Source: a candidate division WOR-3 bacterium (GTDB taxonomy: Bacteria > Hydrothermota > Tepidihabitantia > Tepidihabitantales > Tepidihabitantaceae). From it: a stretch of DNA of 64,000 bases. Where the stretch lies: positions 1 to 64,000 of the forward strand of contig CBFGJX010000010.1 in NCBI GenBank assembly GCA_965649225.1. The letters run 5' to 3'. Within the stretch, counting starts at the first letter, position 1. Every line of letters begins with the position of its first letter. Positions 56,273 to 64,000 of this stretch are shown piece by piece. A model generated the notes under the pieces. That model did not search any database and had not been told where the DNA came from. It saw only the letters and a list, made by a program, of their open reading frames with translations. Position numbers and translations under genes: made by a program.

Positions 56273-57093
56273 TTTTTCTCCTTGTTTTGAGCAGCAAATT
56301 CAATCACACGACGGACGATGTCTGCCATTGCCCGGGCCGCCGCCGATTCGGGCCGGGTAAGCACCCAGGGTTGACCGCTGTCGCCCGCCTCGACAATCGC
56401 CGGGTCAAGCGGAATCCGGCCGAGCAGCGGGACTAGCATTTCCCGGGCCATTCTGGCGCCACCGTCTCGCTTAAAGAGATCAATCTCTCCCCCGCAATGC
56501 GGACAGGCAAGCCCGCTCATGTTTTCAATCACGCCGATGACCGGCAGGCGAAGCAGTCGGGCGAAGTTAAGCGCCTTGCGCGAGTCGAGCAGCGCAATTT
56601 CCTGGGGGGTGGTGACAACGATCGCTGCAGTTGAGGGAATGAGCTGGGCCACTGAGAGCGGTTCGTCACCGGTGCCGGGGGGGGAGTCGATTATCAGCCA
56701 GTCGAGTTCGCCCCAGTCAACATCGGTGAGAAACTGGCGGATAACAGCCATTTTCAGCGGTCCGCGCCAGACGACGGGCGAGTCTTCAGTCTGCAGAAGC
56801 ATTGCCATGGACATCACCGCGACACCCTCGGGTCCGGTTGCTGGTTTCATCCGCCCGGCAGCCGTCAGTTCGGGCTGGCCGGCGGTGATGCCGAGCATAC
56901 GAGCGGTGTTAGGGCCATGGATATCGGCGTCAAGCACGCCGACTTTCTGACCAGCCCGGGCAAGGCCAAGGGCGAGATTAACGGCCACGGTGGTTTTGCC
57001 GACGCCCCCCTTTCCCGAGAATACCAGCAGACGGTTGCTAATGGTGGCGAGGCTTTGAGCAAGTTGCTGTTCAGCAGGATCAGGTCCGGTCAA
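56269..57093 (-). CDS. mrp: Mrp/NBP35 (ApbC) Fe-S carrier ATPase
   Basis: [27 protein letters not shown]...CPHC. Confidence 0.93.
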   Translation of the reverse strand: MTGPDPAEQQLAQSLATISNRLLVFSGKGGVGKTTVAVNLALGLARAGQKVGVLDADIHGPNTARMLGITAGQPELTAAGRMKPATGPEGVAVMSMAMLLQTEDSPVVWRGPLKMAVIRQFLTDVDWGELDWLIIDSPPGTGDEPLSVAQLIPSTAAIVVTTPQEIALLDSRKALNFARLLRLPVIGVIENMSGLACPHCGGEIDLFKRDGGARMAREMLVPLLGRIPLDPAIVEAGDSGQPWVLTRPESAAARAMADIVRRVIEFAAQNKEKK

Positions 57094-57137
57094 GTTGCAG
57101 CTCCTTTTGTTCGATTCATTCGTGGTTCGACTTCAGA

Positions 57138-57194
57138 ATGGTAGCCCGAGGTGCAGTGCGAGTCAATTGACCGGGATTTGACATCGGGTATGCT
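57138..57194. promoter_or_regulatory. Back-to-back divergent promoters
   Basis: Minus TTGACT-N17-TACCAT and plus TTGACC-N16-TATGCT with abutting -35 hexamers (agtcaattgacc). Confidence 0.6.
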
Positions 57195-57199
57195 CTGGA

Positions 57200-58303
57200 A
57201 TGATGAGCGGTCTGTTGCTTGCAGCGCTGATCACTGCCGCACCGGAACTGCGGGTGGCTTATGTTGCGACAACCAAGTGCGCGCCACTTTATAACGCCTG
57301 TCTGGAGAGCAAGGAATTCAGTCGCCACTACGGCCTGAGTTTCGTTCCGGTACGACCTCCGACAGATTACCAGCTGGTTGAACAGGGCCGGCCGTCACTG
57401 GAAGTGCGGCTGGTCAGGTGTGCTACCGACAGCGAAGCTTATCAACTGGTGCGGCAGGGTCATTGCGAACTCGGGCTTTTGAATGTCGAGGCGGTGCTGG
57501 CCGGTGTGTTGCGGCGTGAGCCGGTTCGGATTCTTGCGCCGGTGCAGAACCGGGGGGACATGCTGGTTGTCGGGCCGACAATGGTAGCGGATTCGTGGCG
57601 GGATTTTCTCAAGAGTCTGCGGGTGGCGTCGTCGGTGGTGCCGGTGGGGTACCTGGGCAAAGAGTCGATTTCGATGCTGGCACTGGAGTGGGCGTTGAAG
57701 CTGGAGAATATTCCATCGGCACGTGATGGCGTACCCGATACCGGCCGGGTTGATCTGCGGCGTTACAGTGAGCGGGAGAAGCTGGCCCGCGACCTGGCGG
57801 CGGGGGTGCTGACAGCAGCGGTGGTGCAGGAGCCGGATGCGGTGGGGCTTGCGCAGTGCCCGGGTGTGCGTCGGGTATGTGAGATTCACGATTTGCCGCC
57901 GAACTGGTTTGCCGGCCGGCCCGGGGTGGTGGCAGCTGCGGCTGATTCGGTTGTCGCAGTGCGGCGCGGGGAGGTCGAACGGCTGCTTGAGGTGCTGGCT
58001 GTCGCGACCCACTATACCAACAACCACAACCACCGGACCGCCGTGAACTGCGCCCGCTGGCTGGGGACAGCTTTTGCTCAGGAAAGCACGGCACTGGCGG
58101 TGATCGGATTTACTTCAGTGCCGACCTTTGGCTTCAAGGACGGAGTCTGGAACTGGTACTTCGCCCAGCGGCTGCGGGGCGCAGTGCCAGCCGGCCTGGA
58201 CAGTTTCATGTCGGTTGAAGAATGGCTGGGTGTGCCCTGGGACAGTTTTCCCGGCCGGGCGGCACGGGAACGGGCCGGCGCCCGGATTGTGCCCCGGCGC
58301 TAA
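57200..58303 (+). CDS. Periplasmic substrate-binding-like protein (NitT/TauT type)
   Basis: Signal peptide; LRVAY, ILAPVQ..G..LVV, AAVVQEP pattern; no adjacent permease. Confidence 0.55.
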   Translation: MMSGLLLAALITAAPELRVAYVATTKCAPLYNACLESKEFSRHYGLSFVPVRPPTDYQLVEQGRPSLEVRLVRCATDSEAYQLVRQGHCELGLLNVEAVLAGVLRREPVRILAPVQNRGDMLVVGPTMVADSWRDFLKSLRVASSVVPVGYLGKESISMLALEWALKLENIPSARDGVPDTGRVDLRRYSEREKLARDLAAGVLTAAVVQEPDAVGLAQCPGVRRVCEIHDLPPNWFAGRPGVVAAAADSVVAVRRGEVERLLEVLAVATHYTNNHNHRTAVNCARWLGTAFAQESTALAVIGFTSVPTFGFKDGVWNWYFAQRLRGAVPAGLDSFMSVEEWLGVPWDSFPGRAARERAGARIVPRR

Positions 58304-59535
58304 GGTTCGGGCGGGCGAATCAGCACGGCCGAGCCGTCGGCGCAAAGCACTTCCGCCGGCCGGCCGACACTCATAAACTCGACCAGCGACATTGTCCGGC
58401 CATAGGCGCCGGCACAGAAAAAGCCGATGCAGTCTCCCGGTTCGGGTTCGGGCAGCGCAATGTCACGGCCGATGCAGTCAAGCGGTGTACAGATCGGGCC
58501 GCAGATGTCGAAGTTGCCGGCCGGAAGCATTTCCGGCCGGCTGACCAGTCGTGCCGGATGGGGGATGCGCATTACTACCGGTCGGGAGAAGGCATTGAAA
58601 CCACCATCAGTGATGATGAAGCTGCGACCGCGGGAGTGTTTGATCCGGATTACCCGGGTCAGGAATACTCCGGCTTCAGCCACCAACCAGCGGCCGGACT
58701 CAATGACTGCCCGACAGCGGTCTGGCGCCAGCGAACCACGGCGAATCTTCTGCCAGACTGCTGCGACCCGGGCGAGGTCGAGTTCCTGCTGGCTTTCGCC
58801 GTAGGGGATACCAAAGCCGCCGCCGAAATCGACGCATTCCAGTTCAATGCCAAGCTCGGAGCTGATTCTTTCCGCCAGACCTCCGACATACTCGAGGTGA
58901 CCAGCCAGCCAGTCGGCGTCCAAGACCTGGCTGGCGGAATAAACCTGAATACCGGCAATGCGAACATTGCGCAGTCGCAGTGAGCCGACCTCGTCGATGA
59001 CGGTTTCTTCGTCGAAGCCGAATTTGCTCGGGCCGCCAACCATGACTTCCTTGGCTTCGGGGCGGGTTTCACGGGTATTGATCCTCAGCAGGGCCCGAAC
59101 CGGCTGTTCAAGACCGGCTGCTGCCGCCTCGAGCCACTCCAGTTCACCCGGCCAGTCAACGACGACGGCGTAGATTCGGCTTTCTACCGCCAGCCGAATG
59201 TCGCCGCTGGTTTTGGCCGGGCCGACCCAAACGATGTCGTTGGGCGCAATGCCGGCGGCGAGCGCGGCCCGGAGTTCACCGGCTGACGAGATTTCGGCCC
59301 CGGCACCGCAGCTGCCCAGCAGGCGGACGATTGCCGGGTTGGGATTAGCCTTGACCGAGTAGCAGATTTTCACATCGGGGAGGTTCTGCTGGAGGTGGTT
59401 GAACCGGGTGCGGATGAGTCGGGTGGAGTAGGCATACTGAGGCGTGCCGCCGACGGCAATCAGCCGGTCGAGCCCGACGCCGTCGACGCTGAAACGGCCG
59501 TCGCTGAAGAAGTGCCTTTCAATCAGAGGATTCAT
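58300..59535 (-). CDS. Group IV PLP-dependent decarboxylase (LysA/BtrK-like)
   Basis: YSVKAN (PLP Lys), SKFG, DFGGGFG, ESGR.LV, GPICTPLD, AGAYG. Confidence 0.9.
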   Translation of the reverse strand: MNPLIERHFFSDGRFSVDGVGLDRLIAVGGTPQYAYSTRLIRTRFNHLQQNLPDVKICYSVKANPNPAIVRLLGSCGAGAEISSAGELRAALAAGIAPNDIVWVGPAKTSGDIRLAVESRIYAVVVDWPGELEWLEAAAAGLEQPVRALLRINTRETRPEAKEVMVGGPSKFGFDEETVIDEVGSLRLRNVRIAGIQVYSASQVLDADWLAGHLEYVGGLAERISSELGIELECVDFGGGFGIPYGESQQELDLARVAAVWQKIRRGSLAPDRCRAVIESGRWLVAEAGVFLTRVIRIKHSRGRSFIITDGGFNAFSRPVVMRIPHPARLVSRPEMLPAGNFDICGPICTPLDCIGRDIALPEPEPGDCIGFFCAGAYGRTMSLVEFMSVGRPAEVLCADGSAVLIRPPEP

Positions 59536-59550
59536 TGCCGATGATGCCGG

Positions 59551-60357
59551 TCACTCCCGGCGATAAACCTCAATCGTACTTGTGCCCTGAAAAATGTAAA
59601 ACGGAAACGGCTCGGCTACCACCGCATCAATGCCGACCGAGCGGCAGTACTCCCCGCCAAAGTTGGCGCCGGTTTCGGCAAAGACGAGCAGCCGGGTACC
59701 GGCACGGCGGGCCTGGTCGACGATCAACTCCAGCGAATCTGTGGCGATCGTCATGCCGGTGACAATCGCGAGGTCACAGTCACGGACCAGATCGAAGGTC
59801 CGGGTGCCGTCTTCCACCCGGACGCCATGGACTTCAGTGCCAACGGTGTCACGTTCCAGGTCAGTGGCAAAGACTTCACAGCCACGCTGCTGGAGTTCAC
59901 GGACGATGTTGCCGACAAGGCCGACATTGACTACCCGGGGCCGGCGGCAGGCAATGCTGGCCAGCAGACGATCGGCTTCGTGCATGATGATGCCGGTCCG
60001 GGCGCTGGTTTTTTCTACCGGGTTGCCGACAATCTGATAGCGGGCTGCTGGATGTCGCTCGAGCGAGGCATAGAGCGAGTCGAGCACGGCGATAGCGATG
60101 CAGGTTTTGGTCTGCAGAACTGAACGCGCATCGGTACCGACCAGCCGGTGACCCCGTTCATCGTCGCCGGTACAGTAGCAGCAGCCCTGACCGCGGGTCA
60201 TCGCCAGCCAGAAGGTGTACTGAAAAGTCCTCTCGGCCGGGTTGGGTTTGAAGGCAAGTTCAACTTTCCAGGTGCCACGGATGAGAAAATCGCTGTCCGG
60301 TGCGCCGGCCAGCTGCTCAAAGGCACGCTGACGGAGCAGTTCGAAAATGTCGGTCAT
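59551..60357 (-). CDS. DUF364-like (Rossmann-like) protein
   Basis: IA.LD, VVNVG.VG, DLAIVTGMTI...L..I; GCCYC motif. Confidence 0.65.
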   Translation of the reverse strand: MTDIFELLRQRAFEQLAGAPDSDFLIRGTWKVELAFKPNPAERTFQYTFWLAMTRGQGCCYCTGDDERGHRLVGTDARSVLQTKTCIAIAVLDSLYASLERHPAARYQIVGNPVEKTSARTGIIMHEADRLLASIACRRPRVVNVGLVGNIVRELQQRGCEVFATDLERDTVGTEVHGVRVEDGTRTFDLVRDCDLAIVTGMTIATDSLELIVDQARRAGTRLLVFAETGANFGGEYCRSVGIDAVVAEPFPFYIFQGTSTIEVYRRE

Positions 60358-60365
60358 CGGTTTGT

Positions 60366-61292
60366 TTATTCTTTCTGTCGCCGGGTTGGGGCAGTCGGCG
60401 GTTGCCGGTTGAGCCAGCGGGAAAGAACCTGCGCAAGCACCGCCTCGCGGCCGAGATAGTTGTGGGGAGCCCCGCGGATGACCGCAGTGGTCACTGAAGG
60501 TGAGCCGGCAAGCGCAACCCTGATGGCAGCGAGGTAGTCTTCGGCTGAACCGACGAATGCTTCTGCGACAGTCCCGCACACCGCCAGCACCGGCACGCGG
60601 ATGCGGCCGAGCAGTCGGGAACGACTGGGACCGGAGCCAGAGAAATTGAACAGGCTGGTGATGGAGTCCGGGCCGAAGGCATCGAGAAAAGTTCCGGCAG
60701 AAACCGGGTCAGGAAACAGCCCGGCCGGAAGCAGGTCACGGTCGCGGCCGGCGGCAACCAGCCGGCGGGCAGCCCGCAGTGCCGCGGGAAAGCGGCGGCC
60801 GAGCAGTGTTGGTCCCCAGTTGTGGTCGTCGGAAGGAGAGAGCAGTACCAGTCCGCGAATGCGTCGGTCGGGACGGGAGAGGCAGTACCAGGCCGCTTTG
60901 ATTGCGCCATGGCTGTGGCCCTGAATGACCACTTCCCGCCAGCCGCGCCGGGCAAGAAAAGTCAGTGCAGCGGCGATATCGGCGATGCTGGCATCGATGG
61001 TTTCGTATATCCCGCCGAGCCGGACATAATCACGGCTGGCCGGCCGGAGAATGTCGGCGATGTAGTCGTGACCGCGGTTGTTGAAACTGAAGAAGGCGTA
61101 ACCGGCACGGTTTGCAACCCGGGCGGCAAACTCAATGAAGCGGTTCTCGTAGCAGTTGCCGTTCCAGCCGTGGACGTGCAGCAGTGCGCGGGATGTGCGG
61201 ACACCGGGCTCAAAAAGCAGTCCCTGCAGCTCAAGGCCGTCGGCAGTGACAAACCGACAATAACGGCAGATTGGTCCGGAGAAAGACGGCAC
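60366..61292 (-). CDS. Alpha/beta hydrolase (DUF1749-like)
   Basis: T.DG..LQG, HVHG..GN.YEN, NNRGHD, nucleophile motif QGHSHG, LLSP.D, GAPHNY. Confidence 0.85.
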   Translation of the reverse strand: MPSFSGPICRYCRFVTADGLELQGLLFEPGVRTSRALLHVHGWNGNCYENRFIEFAARVANRAGYAFFSFNNRGHDYIADILRPASRDYVRLGGIYETIDASIADIAAALTFLARRGWREVVIQGHSHGAIKAAWYCLSRPDRRIRGLVLLSPSDDHNWGPTLLGRRFPAALRAARRLVAAGRDRDLLPAGLFPDPVSAGTFLDAFGPDSITSLFNFSGSGPSRSRLLGRIRVPVLAVCGTVAEAFVGSAEDYLAAIRVALAGSPSVTTAVIRGAPHNYLGREAVLAQVLSRWLNRQPPTAPTRRQKE

Positions 61293-61371
61293 GGGTAATC
61301 CTAGTTCCAAACACGGTATAACGCAACTGCGGCCGACGGACTTGGCTTGAAGCATGCCGGCGCTATAATCG

Positions 61372-62646
61372 CCTATCGTTGTCATCGTCGGCCGGCCCAA
61401 TACCGGCAAGTCCACTCTTTTTAACCGCGTAGTCGGCGGCCGGGTGGCAATCACGCTCAAAGAACCCGGGATTACCCGCGACCGAATCGTGCGCGAAGCA
61501 GAGTGGCTGGGGCGTCGGTTTACCATTGTCGATACCGGCGGGCTTGTCCCGGATTCACGGGAGGCCATCAACCGGGAGGTGGAGCGACAGGTCGGCATCG
61601 CGCTCGAGCAGGCAGCGGTAGTGATACTGGTGACTGACGGCGCGGCCGGGGTGTTGCCAATGGATGAAGAGATTGCCGCACGACTGCGGCGGCGGGGGCA
61701 GCCGTTTCTTGTGGCGGTAAACAAGTGCGACCTGAAACGGCAGTTCGACAGTGCCGATTTCTGGCGGCTGGGCGGTGAGGCGTTGTTCGCGATTGCCGCC
61801 GAGCATGGTACCGGGGTTGATGAACTGCTGGATGCGGTGGTGCAGCGTCTACCGACGGGGCGGTCGGCCCGACCGGACAAGGCGCTGGCGATGGCCATTC
61901 TCGGTCGGCCCAATGTCGGCAAGTCGTCGCTTCTGAACCGGCTGGTCGGAAGCGAACGGGCGATAGTCACGCCCGAGCCGGGGACAACCCGCGATGTGGT
62001 CGAGTCCTGCTGCACGGTTGACGGGCGTACCTGGCGGCTGCTGGACACCGCCGGCATCCGTCGGCGCAGCCGGGTCGAGGCACCGGTTGAGTACTACTCG
62101 GTAAGCCGGGCAATTGACCAGATTGAACGCTGTGATGTGGCGCTGGTGATGTTCGATGTCACCGATGGGCCGAACGCCCAGGACAAGCGGATAATCCGGC
62201 TGGTGGCCGACCGCAATCGCGGACTGGTAATCATGGCCAACAAGACCGACCTGGTGGCGCCTGAACTGAAAGAGCGGGTACGGGAGTGGGTGGGGCGGCA
62301 GCTGGCTTTCGTTGATTACGCACCAGTGGTCTTTGCTTCAGTGCTGCAGAATCGCAATGTCAATCTGGCCCTGAAACGGGCGGCGGCGGTGTGGACCGCT
62401 GGCGCCCGGCAGATTCCCAGTGCGGTGTTGCGGGCGCGGGTGCTGGAGCGGCTGCAGGACAGTCCGCCGGCCCACGATTGCCGATTGCTCGGACTGGCGC
62501 AGGTCGGTACCCGGCCACCGCGATTCCGGCTGCGTCTCAGCCGGCCCGAGGCGATGACACCGGCATACGAACGACGGATTGTGGCGCTGCTGCGGCAGCT
62601 GGAACCGTTCACGGGTTATCCAGTGCGGCTGCGGGTGGTGTCTTAG
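61372..62646 (+). CDS. der: Ribosome biogenesis GTPase Der (start codon anomalous)
   Basis: Two GTPase domains: PIVVIVGRPNTGKST (from 61372), DTGG, NKCD; GRPNVGKSS, DTAG, NKTD; KH-like tail. Confidence 0.93.
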   Translation, partial: PIVVIVGRPNTGKSTLFNRVVGGRVAITLKEPGITRDRIVREAEWLGRRFTIVDTGGLVPDSREAINREVERQVGIALEQAAVVILVTDGAAGVLPMDEEIAARLRRRGQPFLVAVNKCDLKRQFDSADFWRLGGEALFAIAAEHGTGVDELLDAVVQRLPTGRSARPDKALAMAILGRPNVGKSSLLNRLVGSERAIVTPEPGTTRDVVESCCTVDGRTWRLLDTAGIRRRSRVEAPVEYYSVSRAIDQIERCDVALVMFDVTDGPNAQDKRIIRLVADRNRGLVIMANKTDLVAPELKERVREWVGRQLAFVDYAPVVFASVLQNRNVNLALKRAAAVWTAGARQIPSAVLRARVLERLQDSPPAHDCRLLGLAQVGTRPPRFRLRLSRPEAMTPAYERRIVALLRQLEPFTGYPVRLRVVS

Positions 62647-62647
62647 G

Positions 62648-63769
62648 ATGCGGCGCTGGCTGGTTGCTGCCGGGGTCGTGCTGCTGGTAATGATTCTGGC
62701 CGGCTGGTGGCTGTTCTGGCCGCACCGGCCGGCAGCGTCCGCCGGCACGCCGGCAAGGCCGGAGGGGGAGCTGAACGTGCTGGTCATTGGCAGCGATGCC
62801 CGAGCGGTGGGGCCGGTGCGGGACGAGGGGATTCGACGCAACCGGCGCGAGGAGCGTTCGCACTCTGATATCATTATCGTCTGCCACATCAGCTATGACC
62901 GGCCGGCATTGAATTTGGTCGGAATCCCGCGCGACCTGCTGGTTGAGGTGCCGGGAATTACCCGGGCGGAGTCACCGACCGATTTCCCGCGGATGGAGAA
63001 AATTACCCATGTGCTGGCAATTGGTGGCGAGCCGCTGTTGCGCCGGACGGTCGAACACCTGCTCGGCATCAGAATCCACCGGTTCATTGCTTTTGATTTC
63101 GACAGTTTTCGGATGACCATCGGCCTGCTGCGGCCGTTTCTGGGAGTGCTGCGTATTGGTGGCGAGGCGGTAAAAAATCGCGACCATGCGCTGTGGCTCG
63201 CCCGGCGCCGCCACGGTCTGCAGTTTGACGATGCCGACCGGTGCCGGAATGCGGTGGGGCTGGTGCGGACAGTGATTGCCCGCGGCTGGTATCTTGGCCG
63301 CAGCCGGTTCGGTCGCCAAATCATCCGGCGGGTGCTGCAGATTGTCGGTGAAGACACCGATTTGACCGTTGACGAGATTGTCACTGCTATTGATGGTCTG
63401 AGCCGGGCCGGGATGGTGCCGGGCCGGATTCAGACCGCGGTACTGGTAGCCGAGGGACGGGATGTGCTGCTGGAGCGCTACAATCAGCGCCTTTCCTGCT
63501 ATCTGCCGGTTTACCGGGAAATTGAGCGGCAGGTACGGCGGTTTCTTTTTGACGAAGACAGTGTGCCGGCGCTGGATTTCATGACCCAGCAGGCTTTTGC
63601 CCTGCCGGCCTATTTTGCCCGCGACTACAGCGGCGGCGCGACCGACAGCGGCGCCATGCCGCCGCCGTTTGACACGATCGGGCTGGACAGTTCTCGTCGC
63701 GTCACTTTGACCCGGGAGCTTCAGGAACTGCAGTCTGAGACCGCCGGCGTCGACACCGGTCGCCGTTAG
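62648..63769 (+). CDS. LCP (LytR-CpsA-Psr) family protein
   Basis: N-terminal TM; NVLVIGSD.R, SDIII, IPRDL.V. Confidence 0.85.
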   Translation: MRRWLVAAGVVLLVMILAGWWLFWPHRPAASAGTPARPEGELNVLVIGSDARAVGPVRDEGIRRNRREERSHSDIIIVCHISYDRPALNLVGIPRDLLVEVPGITRAESPTDFPRMEKITHVLAIGGEPLLRRTVEHLLGIRIHRFIAFDFDSFRMTIGLLRPFLGVLRIGGEAVKNRDHALWLARRRHGLQFDDADRCRNAVGLVRTVIARGWYLGRSRFGRQIIRRVLQIVGEDTDLTVDEIVTAIDGLSRAGMVPGRIQTAVLVAEGRDVLLERYNQRLSCYLPVYREIERQVRRFLFDEDSVPALDFMTQQAFALPAYFARDYSGGATDSGAMPPPFDTIGLDSSRRVTLTRELQELQSETAGVDTGRR

Positions 63770-64000
63770 GCTGTAGCCGCCGGGTTACTGCTCAGCGCAG
63801 TTCGGAATGCAGCTTCAGCCTCCACAATTAGGTCGGCCCGCCCGCCGCCTTCGGCAATGTCGGCCCGCCCGCCGCCGCCACCAGCCAAAGCACTGCCGAC
63901 CGTGCGTGCCAGCCGGCCGGCCGGCAGCTTTTCTTTCAGGTCCGAGGACACGAACACCACGTAGCGTACCCGGCCTTCGCTCGGTGCACCGGTGAGCAGT
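63766..64000 (-). CDS. alaS: Alanine--tRNA ligase, C-terminal DHHA1 part (partial)
   Basis: VS.DL...L.AG.L.......GGGGGR.D.AEGGG. Confidence 0.75.
   Translation of the reverse strand, partial: LLTGAPSEGRVRYVVFVSSDLKEKLPAGRLARTVGSALAGGGGGRADIAEGGGRADLIVEAEAAFRTALSSNPAATA

Noticed and set aside
58300..59535. Gene symbol lysA
   Set aside because: Family is clear, but the HxGSQ motif is altered and the context is not lysine biosynthesis
61366..61368. Genome-wide stop-codon reassignment
   Set aside because: TAA, TAG and TGA all terminate well-conserved genes at expected positions elsewhere in the window
60366..62057. 563-aa minus-strand ORF as one protein
   Set aside because: The first ~255 codons are the antisense shadow of der; the hydrolase begins near GTG 61292

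Overview
GC-rich bacterial chromosomal segment. Its large secreted proteins (CARDB domains, a shared Lys-rich Kelch-like propeller, T9SS-type C-terminal tails) suggest an FCB-superphylum organism such as candidate division WOR-3; this is inference, not demonstrated. The window opens with the left end of an IS3-family element inserted into a Kelch/CTD gene. It contains about 50 genes: housekeeping/metabolic genes (pdxA, ABC-2 exporter, pruA plus an ArcE/COG2403-like enzyme, asnA, mgtE, peroxiredoxin, Mrp/ApbC, der, LCP, alaS 3' end), six T9SS-tail surface proteins (four sharing the propeller), a GT2/GT-C/methyltransferase surface-glycosylation cluster, several nucleases and several decayed gene fragments. 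No rRNA, tRNA, CRISPR array or reverse transcriptase was recognised. Best leads: a lipoprotein with a candidate Cys-Gln thioester domain, the conserved basic propeller as a possible anchoring module, a putative arginine-synthetase/P5C-dehydrogenase operon with a structured leader, orphan tandem NrdR-like boxes, a Pro-rich leaderless uORF over the mgtE start, an anomalous der 5' end, and an uncharacterised hydrolase-DUF364-PLP decarboxylase operon. All family calls are from motif recognition by eye; no searches were run.
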